Assembly (NCBI GenBank): GCA_040954595.2
Contig: CM082578.2
Location: 1,284,831-1,348,830, forward strand
DNA length: 64,000 bases
Direction of reading: 5' to 3'
From: Balanoglossus misakiensis
Lineage: Eukaryota > Animalia > Hemichordata
Positions 12,774 through 23,385 of the stretch are shown piece after piece. The notes beneath the pieces are model-generated. The model had not been told where the DNA came from, did no database searches, and saw only the letters and a list, made by a program, of their open reading frames with translations. A program made the translations under genes and the position numbers. Within the stretch, counting starts at the first letter, position 1. Each line of letters opens with the position of its first letter.

Positions 12774-15098
12774 AATGAGTTGCTTCCCAACACGTAGGTT
12801 GAAGAACTTGTGCTTCACCTTGGTCTGGGGGTTAAGGTCTTTGAAACATACGTAAGCATTCGTCAATGCTACATCCATCAGGTACCAGGCCATGTATACC
12901 CACCAGCGGTTGTTCTTTCGCCCACAGTGGTAGTATTTTCGCTTCTGGTTAGCGCGGTCAACGCCTCCCATGAAGACGCGGTACTTCGACAAACTCAGGG
13001 GCACATTTCTCTCTTCCTCACCACTGCCAACTGTCTCCGTGTCAATTGGTGGATAAACGTTGTTCAGGATCAACACCTGTGCATTGCTATCCTGATAAGC
13101 TGCCAGGTTGATTCGGCAATCGACTCGGGTGGCTGCCTTCATTTCACCGACCTTCAGTGGAAGCTTCTTCTTTTTCCTGGTGGGAATAAGCATGGGCGGC
13201 ATACTCCGACGGTTACGTCGGTTGAAGCTTCCAACCATATACATGCCCATCTCCATCAGTTCTCTCGCAGTTAACACAGTTGTGAAGAGGCTGTCACAGA
13301 AGAGGATGTGGTTGTACCCGCAGAACGGCTGAACAAGTTCAATCGTTATTCTTTTCACCACTCCCCTCTCCTGTTTTTTCCCGTCATTCCTGTCAAGGTA
13401 CTTCACCCCCAGGTAGGGAGCAAAGTTTGCCACATAGGATGTGACAGAGTCCGCCAACTGCCATACCTTAAAGCCGTCTCTGTCTGGCTTGTGGGGAAGC
13501 CTCTGTTTGAATTTCGAACGTCCTTTGAACTTCACCATGCCTTCATCGATGGAGATTTCCTGTCCCATCTGATAGCTGTGTACGCAACTGTTTACAAGGG
13601 GCTCCATCCATGGGTTTACTTTATACATTGGGTCGTCCTGACAACGGCGTGACCGTCTGTTCGGGTCAGGGTCTCGTCTTGGATCCTTCTGGGGGTCAGC
13701 CAAGTGGAAATACCGCATCAACCTGTGGTAGCGTTGACGGGTCATGACTGACGAAATGCCAACATTATGCAGGAAAATGTCGCTGGACCAATGGTCGCCC
13801 ACAGCAGGCTTGCGGTCAATGCCCATGATGATGACAACGCCCAGGAAGGCTTGCATCTCTCTGTAATTGGTCGCTCGCCACTCAGAGTCGATTTTCTTTG
13901 CGATGTAATGCTGGTGATACGACGCATATTTGTTCGTTTCCTTCACCGCCAGAGATATCATGTCCGGTGATACAAATTTCAGGAAGTATTCCAACTCCCG
14001 TGCATGTGTTGCCATAGTAAACGTGGGTCCACGCTCTTTCTCGAACAGGGGTTCGGAAAATATCTCAGTGTCCTCATGCTGCGAAAGACGCCACTCGTCC
14101 CCATCCTTGGAGGCCTCCCGTATGGCCTCTTCTATTACGGCTTCATTCTCGGAGTCGGACTCCTCAGATGGAGTACCAGGAAATGACAGCTCGTAAAAGT
14201 TATCGTCCTCTGCCGCATCCTCATCAATGTCCGTCACGTTTCCCTCATCCTCCTCAAGGTCATCATCAGGCCGTCTATATCGGAACAAGCCTGTTTTGGC
14301 GTCCAAAATCTTTTCGGGCTTAAACTCAGGTGGACTGTAGCGCACCTTTTTTTTTACTGCTTTCTTGGATGATCCCACCTTCCCAGTGGAAGTCGAGGCG
14401 ACTGCCTGATGAGGGCTCATCTGAGCAGCAGATGGCACTTCTGGGGAGGTCTCGTGACTATCATCTGTCGTACATGGGGTCACTGGCGGGGAACTGGCTG
14501 GTTCGCCCGCCTCTGGGGTCGTCTGATCGCTCCCGCGTGGAACTTCTGTCGGGGTACTGTCTGGTTCGCCCGCCTTCGCAGTCACCTCATCACTCCTGGG
14601 TGGAGTTTCTGTCGGGGTACTGGCTGGTTCGCCCGCCTTCGCAGTCACCTCATCACTCCTGGGTGGAGCTTCTGTCTCACCGTCCGAGTCGACAACGGGT
14701 CGATCGGACTTGCGCTTACGTTTCCCGCCAGACTTCTGCTGCTTACTGGATTGTAAGTCAGCCTCTGAAGTCACCTCGTCACTCCTGGGTGGAGCTTCTG
14801 TCGGGGTACTGGCTGGTTCGCCCGCTTCCGCAGTCACCTCATCACTCCGGGGTGGAGCTTCTGTCTCATCGGCCGAGTCGACAACGGGTCGACTGGACTT
14901 GCGCTTACGTTTCCCGCCAGGCTTCTCCGTCTCCTCAAATCTGACGCTCAAAAGGCGTTTCTTTGCCTTCTTTTTCTTGGCCTTTCCCTTCCTAACAGGG
15001 GAGTCTACATCATAGCGATCGCTGCCCGTTCCACTGGATTCCGGGTTCCGAATCTTTCGGGTTGCCTTCAAAAAACTCTTTCGGTCCGTCAAACTCAT
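12723..15098 (-). CDS. piggyBac-like DDD transposase (about 791 aa from MSLTDRKS) with repetitive acidic N-terminus and no C-terminal Cys-rich domain
   Basis: ISIDEGM, FCDSLF, MGGVDRANQ, KPDRDGFK; TATAAAAG about 45 nt upstream of ATG 15098 on minus strand; AATAAA (minus) at ~12274; 20-aa repeats TEAPPRSDEVTAEAGEPAST and two GGKRKRK motifs. Confidence 0.9.
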   Translation of the reverse strand: MSLTDRKSFLKATRKIRNPESSGTGSDRYDVDSPVRKGKAKKKKAKKRLLSVRFEETEKPGGKRKRKSSRPVVDSADETEAPPRSDEVTAEAGEPASTPTEAPPRSDEVTSEADLQSSKQQKSGGKRKRKSDRPVVDSDGETEAPPRSDEVTAKAGEPASTPTETPPRSDEVTAKAGEPDSTPTEVPRGSDQTTPEAGEPASSPPVTPCTTDDSHETSPEVPSAAQMSPHQAVASTSTGKVGSSKKAVKKKVRYSPPEFKPEKILDAKTGLFRYRRPDDDLEEDEGNVTDIDEDAAEDDNFYELSFPGTPSEESDSENEAVIEEAIREASKDGDEWRLSQHEDTEIFSEPLFEKERGPTFTMATHARELEYFLKFVSPDMISLAVKETNKYASYHQHYIAKKIDSEWRATNYREMQAFLGVVIIMGIDRKPAVGDHWSSDIFLHNVGISSVMTRQRYHRLMRYFHLADPQKDPRRDPDPNRRSRRCQDDPMYKVNPWMEPLVNSCVHSYQMGQEISIDEGMVKFKGRSKFKQRLPHKPDRDGFKVWQLADSVTSYVANFAPYLGVKYLDRNDGKKQERGVVKRITIELVQPFCGYNHILFCDSLFTTVLTARELMEMGMYMVGSFNRRNRRSMPPMLIPTRKKKKLPLKVGEMKAATRVDCRINLAAYQDSNAQVLILNNVYPPIDTETVGSGEEERNVPLSLSKYRVFMGGVDRANQKRKYYHCGRKNNRWWVYMAWYLMDVALTNAYVCFKDLNPQTKVKHKFFNLRVGKQLIGYEVTEPHLRTMKHGL

Positions 15099-15582
15099 GG
15101 TCTGTAGTGGTACTGACAAAACTGTCCACGAAACACCCCTTTTATAAGCAGTCGCACATGAACCTGTGACAGGCGTTCTCCCATCTAATTGGACGCCTAA
15201 TATATAGGTACGCAAACACGTGACACAAAAATATGTCCGCAGGCAATCGGACCTATGGGGCTCTTCAAAATTCCCGCCAGAAATGGAAATCTGGAACAGC
15301 AATTTGCGTAACAATACAGAAAGTATTGATCGACCATGACGTTAAAATTTCGCATCTGTGCGGCCTAAGCAGAACTCATGTCCCCTATGTTACGCGAATG
15401 CAAGGCACACCTTTCGCCCGTGTCTGTACATACCCCTCGGTAACACGCAGCACCGAGGAACCGTTACGGCACACACCCGTCCAATTCACCAGCCTGAGTT
15501 ACAGGCATCCGCACACTGTGTCGTTCTCTAATGGTGAGTAACGCAAAACCCACCGGACCGAGAGCGTATTCGTCGGCTTTGT

Positions 15583-16360
15583 TTACGTCAAAATGCACAC
15601 CCAGTCGCTTTTTACACACTCGTGCCGCTGGCTACGCAAAGCCAAGTCCCGTCAAAACCTGTCCGATCCAATGTGTCGCGAACCGGGGTGTAAACGACGA
15701 GTCGGTCTACATCGTCGGCCGTTACGTCAAAATGCACACCCAGTCGCTTTTTACACACTCGTGCCGCTGGCTACGCAAAGCCAAGTCCCGTCAAAACCTG
15801 TCCGATCCAATGTGTCGCGAACCGGGGTGTAAATGACGAGTTGGTCTACATCGTCGGCCGTTACGTCAAAATGCACACCCAGTCGCTTTTTACACACTTG
15901 TGCCGCTGGCTACGCAAAGCCGAGGTCCCGTCAAAACCTGTCCGATCCAATGTGTCGCGAACCGGGGTGTAAACGACGAGTCGGTCTACATCGTCGGCCG
16001 TTACGTCAAAATGCACACCCAGTCGCTTTTTACACACTCGTGCCGCTGGCTACGCAAAGCCAAGTCCCGTCAAAACCTGTCCGATCCAATGTGTCGCGAA
16101 CCGGGGTGTAAACGACGAGTTGGTCACCATCGTCGGCCGTTACGTCAAAATGCACACCCAGTCGCTTTTTACACACTCGTGCCGCTGGCTACGCAAAGCC
16201 AAGTCCCGTCAAAACCTGTCCGATCCAATGTGTCGCGAACCGGGGTGTAAACGACGAGTCGGTCTACATCGTCGGCCGTTACGTCAAAATGCACACCCAG
16301 TCGTTTTTACACACTTGTGCCGCTGGCTACGCAAGCCAAGTCCCGTCAAAGCCTGTCCGT
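15583..16360. repeat. 139-bp tandem repeat, about 5.6 copies, upstream of the transposase
   Basis: ttacgtcaaaatgcacacc at 15583, 15722, 15861, 16001, 16140, 16279; near-identical units with no spacers. Confidence 0.95.
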
Positions 16361-17774
16361 ACCAAGTTTTCTTTCACGAGTAATTGTAGGCTACGAGTCG
16401 GTCGCGAAAGATATGACCTGCGACGCACGCACGCCAAGATGTCGGTCATCGGTTCGCACCATCGGCAAAAATCGTCATGTTTTCCCGAGTCGATCCCAAA
16501 ACGCACTCTCCTAAACAGGCACCCACGAGTGTGTCCGACACGTCTGGCCATCGAAAAGGTCGATACCCTATGTCGTTGTGGAACCGTCTGCTATGGAAAA
16601 CTATGCATCGCTGTCAAGTACGTTTTTGCGGACACATAAAAAACGGTCTCCCCAGGGTCGGGGGTGACCGGCGGAATTTGCCTCTAAGGATAGTGTGCTC
16701 TTTGTAGTTCAAGGCAAATAACCCTGTCGAGACTTTCCTGTCCTAACAGATTTTGCCCTCAAAACGGTAGTTCAAAGACAACCCGTTATAGCGAAGCGCA
16801 CGCAAACGCCTAGAGACTCCAGCGGGTCGGTGAATCATATCGATTCATACCGATTAGGTCATTCATCACTCGCCAACGTTCGACTTCTACCCACACCGGA
16901 AATCGGGCGGTCTGCTACGGACTCGACAGCGTTCGGGTTAATATTGGATCATCGTTACCCTGTCACCACTGTGGAAGTCCACACAACTGGTCCCTGGATT
17001 ACTCTAGACAGACTCAGTGATAACTTATTTTAACCACCCATTGGTCCTGGTGATATACAAGCCCCTCTCAATGTCAAGGTCTATTCGGTGTCTGGTAAAA
17101 TTAACTACAGGGTTAGAGAGTTTCAGTTTGGTGAGATTATTGACACCTCCAAGCAATTTCGACATTGTGAGGATGATGAGCTTGAAGTTACTACACTTCC
17201 AGACTTTGGAATAGTTACAACAATCGAGAGTACGCTTGAAGGTAAGATTGTGTTTCAGTTTCATAGTTTAGGTCCAATTTGGTATATACCAGTATACATA
17301 TATACTATACTATGGGACCTTATGGGATCAAGGTAGTCTGTCTGTCTGTATGTCTGTATGCCTGTCTGTCTATCTGTATTTATGTACTGTTAAACGGGTC
17401 ATTTTCGTGACGAAATTGTTCATGATATCAATGGAGGCAAATGTCTCGCGAGGATTAATTTTCATGATCTCTTATTTTTACTGGATAGTTATTTCTGAAA
17501 AATATTTTATGTGACTTATTATTTTCATGTATTTTGGCTATCGCATATTTCACGAAAAATTTAATGCTTGCGAAAATAACCCGTTTTACAGTATGTTTGT
17601 ATGTATGGATGGATGGATGGATGCATGCATGCATGTATGTATGTATGAATGTAGGTATGAATGTAGGTATGAATGTATATTATATTATGCAAGTAGTGGA
17701 CATTCTATGGTTTGTGAGAAATCAGAAGCGCTTATTCTTCATGTATCCTTCCTGCCAAAACAGACGAGATGCAA

Positions 17775-20333
17775 CACTGGGCAAAAAGGTTGATATACAT
17801 TCAGTATTTTTACGTATATGGACACGTAGATCAGGAATATGCGCAAGTATACAATAGTCTGCACAGTTGTACATCTACAATCTGCACCACGTATATGTGA
17901 CGTATATTCACGTATATGGAACATACCAATGTGTTAGTATACGTGCACGTATATCTATGAAGATCACGGGTGTGCACAACGCAGACCAATGCAGATCAAG
18001 TGCACACTATAAACATTCCAACGTATTTGTACACATTCTCAGTGCATATCTTCCTTGCTATTTGCATGACTGTGTTATTAGCATACGTTACATCATCATC
18101 ACAGACATTTACATTTGCATAGTTGAGTTCACGTTCCTGGTATTTTTACGTATATTTAACGCAGACCTTTCCAGAAATTACCATACATTATGTCATCATT
18201 GTTGGCAAATATTTGCAAAATAATTTTGGGGTCATATTTAAATTACCCCAAAGGTCACAATTCTGGGGTCATCCTTCATGGTCAGGATTTGACCTTTCCT
18301 TCTCATTCACCTTTGCTGTAAATTTGTTACTATTAATCTGCTTTGAGATGCAACTGCATTTCAAAGCAGATCAATAGCAACAAATTGGTAAAAGCATATT
18401 TCAAACCGATGCATTTCCTCCCATCATGCATCAACAAAAAACTGCTCACATAATAAAATTCACTTAAAAGGTTATTTTATTTAAAACATATAAAATGATT
18501 GAAGACATTACATGGACTAAGAACACAGTGTTTTGTTTTTAAATGCAAACCTAAAATCTGAAAAATAATCCTCAAAGTCTAGCTTCATTCAGTAACTCCA
18601 AAATACCATGAAAAATTTGCTTCATCTGACATCATCAGATCGCCTGCTTGCACCATGTTATCCTATTAAGATTTGTCTTCAAAATCCACCATCTTGCCAT
18701 GACTCTGTAGAAGCTGTCAAAAAGAAAAGAAAAAGAGTATTTAGTTTGGTCATCTTAAGCACTTATCTTTGACTGCAGTGCCTATGAGCTACAACTTTTG
18801 GGAAGTCTGAACCACTGGCAGTTTATATAGAGTGGGCTGTAAACACCTTCACCTGGAACACAGCGACAAGTCAGTCCGTTCTGTTTTTACCTTGTCACCA
18901 ACATGACAGTGCACTGTTTAAGTTTATAATAAACGTCCCCCATTGTTTTTAGTTTATGGGTGAAAATGTCTCATTTGCATTCAACAAATCGGGCCATGGG
19001 AAATGTCTTCACACCTTCCAAATGTATACTTTGTTATCTGTCATGGTGACAAGGTACAAAAAGCATACAGATTCAGTGTGCTGTTATCGCAACCAAGGTC
19101 AAATAGTTATGACTGAATAGTTGCTCACTATCACGCGTAAGAGCATGGTTAGAGATACCAAGTATCCAAGCTCAGTAGCAGCTAAAATATATGAACGTCA
19201 GCTATTCTGGCAATCCAGCAATCCCGCGCTTATATGCATCTTTTGTTTGTCGTCAACCATGAAACACTGCGCACACATGGAAATCAACCCAGTTTGTTTA
19301 TCTTTTGTTCTAGCTAATCCTCAAGGCCTTTGATCTTGGCCGATGTTCCGCGTCTTTTTTCTCTACGGGTTATGCTCAATGTTATAAATCATACTACACC
19401 AAATTGAATGAAAAGTCTAAGAATAAAAGAGATATACTTACTCGTTGGTTGTATCAGATGAATCTTCTATGGTTACATAAAGCTGATTGCTTTACCTGCC
19501 GCTGCAAAGTAAAACAAGGGACATTTGAGATAACAATACAAATGCTTGGTGGAAATGTCAAATTGTCAATCAAAACCTGTTTCTAGTTCTACATAGACAT
19601 GCTTGATGCACTAATGCAAACGGCAGAAATAAAAAGGACTTGGACTAACAACGAGTAGAAATAGTGTCAAAACGCAGACACATGGGTGGGGTGGATATGG
19701 ACAAGACCAAAACACGATGTATGTTTAAACTTACAAAAATCATACGATCCGGTCTTCCTTTGTTGGTGCATAGATTATCACCGCCGCATGTCGATTTTCC
19801 CTCAAAGACTTCTGTTCTGCGTCCAGACTATCAAGTTTCTGTGACAACTCTTCTTTCGCTTTGTCTGGTGTTGAAACAAACTTATGCACACGGTTGACGG
19901 CGTACAGTGACTGCCAGCGGTGCTGGTGTTTCTATGTACCGGAGGTGGACGTCGTAAAACGTCGTAAAACAACAAGCGTTTTGTGACATAAAGTGGCCGC
20001 AGAAGTGCGACCCAGATCTTTCATCAAACTTTTGAAAGCGTTTGCTTTTAAAAACGGGTGGTCCAAATAATCCTAATAATTAGCATGAATATACGTACAT
20101 ATACATGGATGTATACTGTAGGCACACTATTCGGTAGAAAATAACTACAAATACGTAGATCTGCGGAACGTATATGTAAGAGAACGTGTACATGATGTAT
20201 ACTTCACGTATTTCTACACATATCTAGCAGCTTGCATTTGTTACGTAAATGCACGTATATGAAACGTATATGTCAAATGTACAAACTTAGTAGTTTTACG
20301 TATATTGTCGTATATCAATCATTTTGCCCAGTG
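17775..20333. mobile_element. Non-autonomous CACTA/EnSpm-like element (2559 bp) inserted 11 nt into a mucin exon
   Basis: TIRs CACTGGGCAAAA..TTGATATAC / GTATATCAA..TTTTGCCCAGTG; 3-bp TSD CAA; empty site gagatgcaatctactc at 9185; subterminal (t)acgtatat repeats. Confidence 0.92.
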
Positions 20334-20336
20334 CAA

Positions 20337-20937
20337 TCTACTCAGGAGGGTCCAACAACATTGCCTGGGTACATTACAACCCGGGGGCCTGAGACTGATT
20401 CCTTCACCAGTCGGTCTACAAGAACTGAAGTGACAAGTGGAACAACAGTTTCATCTGAAGAGATCACAACTGGTCTCCACTCGACCACCCATGTTATAGT
20501 CACAGATCAGGATGAAGTCAGCTCAGCAATATCCGAGACTGTCACAACTGCAACTCTATCAACAACAAGCGTCAATCCTACGATACTTTCAACGATGGAA
20601 GATGAAGAAGACACCACAGAAACAGCAACAAGAACTGATATAGGCCCAACTGCAACAGATGTAACAAGTGCTCAAAGAGCAACTACTGATATCAAGCCTA
20701 ACCCAACAACAGCTGAGCCAGTCACACAAAAGTCTTTGACAACAGAATATGAAATCAGGTCAACAGAATCCAAAACAAGAATAGTAACAGATGTAGATAC
20801 AAGTACATCCCTGCCTACAACTAGTGTCCAAGAACTGACCACCGAACGCACTGAATTTCAATCGAAATCTTCGGAACCACTTTCAACTAAAATATCAACA
20901 ACAAAACCAGTGACACCTTCTCATGATGTAACAACAG
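20337..20937 (+). CDS. Remainder of mucin exon of repeat unit 2 (first 11 nt at 17764-17774)
   Basis: STQEGPTTLPGYITTRGPE..., near-identical to 9194 onward; donor at 20938. Confidence 0.8.
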
Positions 20938-21314
20938 GTAATTATACTACGTATAAAGACTACACATGTAAACTCATCTTGGGCAGCTAATGGTTGCCAC
21001 TCAGAATAAAAATAGCTCAAAGATACAAAAATGTACCTTTCAGACATTATGAAAAAAAGTCTTGTACATTGTTTGCAATTGCCAGCAACTGTCCAAATGC
21101 ACACTATTTGGCTGAAATTCAGCAGAAGTGTACAAGTCATGGAGGCGAAGAAAAATACGCCTGTTTTTCAAAAATCAGTATCGTTTATGACATACCGGTA
21201 TAACATTACACCCTCAATTTTTGTGCATAAATTATTTTTTATAGTTGTGTGATTCTGATTGAAACCAAGATTACATATTGATTGAATATATGTTAACATA
21301 TGTTGTTGTTGCAG

Positions 21315-22838
21315 TCAGTAGAGAATGTGGTACCTTTGAGACTTTTGTAAATGCAACTTGTGAGAAGTACAGTGAGACACCAACTGATGGTACCTGTTCA
21401 TTTGGAACATTTTACACAAGTATGGTTGCTGGTATGGCCAATTTTCAAGATTCACATGTAAGTATAGATAACGTTAGTTCTTGAAAGACTATGTACATGA
21501 TTGGCTGTGATGTCAATACTGACCGGATGGTCTGTCATTTCGAGTCATTGTGATTTGTAACAATTTTTGTTATGAATAATTTTATTTCATCTTGTTCGTT
21601 TTTGTGTGTTGCGCTGTTTTTTTTAATTTTCTCAGCTAAGATTGATATAATCGCTTTGTATTTGAAGAAACCCTGCTGGCTTTAGTACTTCCAGTGTTGT
21701 CTAAAGAAGGAGATTTTGGTTTCTGTGATTGCAGGTTTGTGGGCAATGCCTGAACGTGATTGGTTCAAATGATGTATCTGTAGTTGTCCGGGTAACAGAC
21801 ATGTGCATGTACCCGTACTGCATGATTGATGAAGATGGTCTGGTTCTAAGTGAGGATGCTTACAACATCTTGTCAGATGGTGAAAGTCCTTCATCTCTTC
21901 TTGTATCCTACTCTGTTATTGCCTGTCCTGAAGATGTCTCCATCAAGTTCAAGGTTTGTGAAACAAAACAATTATTAACTAATTAATATACGCTTGTCTT
22001 TAATTTTCACATCTTGGCAAACTTGTTTGAAACCTCCCTAGCCATTTTTTTAAGTATTTGTAAGATTGAAGTTTAAATTGTCAAGAGTATTCATCTGTTT
22101 CTTTACTGGAAGTTTAGATCTCCTGGAAATCAAACCAGTCTCAACTGATTTGGACAAGGGAAGATCCAGTGGGGACTAGGTCATTGACAATGATTTGTTG
22201 CAAATACTGTAAAACGGGAAATTTTCACGCCAGGAAATTTTCGCAATATCAAAAGAGGCAACTGTTACGCGAGGATTAATTTTGGCGTTCTTGTATTTCA
22301 CTAACTGCATCGTTAAATCACACGACATTTATTTTCACTTCTCTTTTAGATCTTGCGTATTTTGCGAAAATTTATGCTCGCGAAAATAACCCATTTTACA
22401 GTAAGTCTTGCTCTAAATTTCAAAGTATTAGGACCAACCAGGGACTGTGTTGTTCATCTTTTTAGTGTACTGCATATTGATTGATTGATTTGTTTATTTA
22501 GTTTGCAGAGAGCATTTCTGCATCATTCAGCTTATTAATATTGGATCATCGTTACCCTGTCACCACTGTGGAAGTCCACACAACTGGTCCCTGGATTACT
22601 CTAGACAGACTCAGTGATAACTTATTTGAACAACCCATTGGTTCTGGTGATATACAAGCCCCTCTCAATGTCAAGGTCTATTCGGTGTCTGGTAAAATTA
22701 ACTACAGGGTTACAGACTTTGAGTTTGATGAGATTATTGACACCTCCAAGCAATTTCGACATTGTGAGGATGATGAGCTTGAAGTTACTACACTTCCAGA
22801 CTTTGGAATAGTTACAACAATTGAGAGTACGCTTGAAG
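21315..22838 (+). CDS. Expansin-like module 3 (exons 21315-21457, 21735-21953, 22502-22838), open frame
   Basis: Same motifs and splice sites as module 1. Confidence 0.8.
22207..22401. mobile_element. Tc1/mariner-type MITE (TA-flanked); further copies or fragments at ~2703, 9058, 17387-17591, ~23000-23160, 34980-35185, 45362-45903, 49890-50078, 54076-54283
   Basis: TA-CTGTAAAACGGG...CCCATTTTACAG-TA; shared TTTCGCGA-type internal motifs. Confidence 0.8.
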
Positions 22839-23385
22839 GTTAGATGGTTTCATTTTATACAATATGTAATTAGTTTACTGTATAACATAGGTCAATGTTG
22901 CTGATGATTTCAATGGAGTGTAGCTGAATTTGTTACATTAGTTGTGATATCTGATATTGTGTTTTGCACACCAATATCTGGTACACTCTTATGCAAAATT
23001 TTCGCAAGAGGAAATGTTCATGATATCAAATGTGGCAACTGTTACGTGGCGATTAATTTTCACGTTCTGGTATTTCACTGCATCGTTATCTCTGAAAACC
23101 ATAAGCGACTTTTTTTTTCACCAGTAAATTTATCGTTCGTGAAAATTTCCTATTTTACTGTATTTTGAATAAGAAATCTCAACACCCTCATAAACAATTG
23201 CATTAAAGAAAGCAATAGAATAATAACACAATATCATTTGAATCACACACCGGGATGAGAATACCTTGAAATTGTCTCCTGCCAGGAACATTGATTCAAT
23301 ACTGTTCATGTTAGTGGAGAACAATATAACATTAGATTTCCTTGTTCTAGATTATTCAAATTGTAATGTTCATTTTTATCAACAG

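Larger units (their letters stand above)
11481..16937 (-). mobile_element. Atypical piggyBac-family transposon (5457 bp) inserted in a coding exon
   Basis: TTAA TSD at 11477-80 and 16938-41; CCC...GGG ends; empty site agcttattaatattggat in paralogous exons (8635, 22530); ends share only CCC-n4-GCT. Confidence 0.9.
10464..17241 (+). pseudogene. Expansin-like module 2 (exons 10464-10606, 10903-11121, 11444-11480/16942-17241), disrupted
   Basis: Near-identical to module 1; third exon split by piggyBac at a TTAA and has GAA>TAA at 17031. Confidence 0.85.

Noticed and set aside
15099-15314. First 72 aa of the 863-aa piggyBac ORF
   Set aside because: Non-ATG start, and the region contains the likely TATA box; ATG 15098 is preferred.
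15583-16360. Possible CRISPR-like array or repeat-encoded peptides
   Set aside because: Units are contiguous and near-identical with no unique spacers; the ORFs simply cycle through frames of a 139-bp repeat.
17775-20333. Coding capacity inside the CACTA element
   Set aside because: Only short ORFs with no recognisable TnpA/TnpD motifs; treated as non-autonomous.
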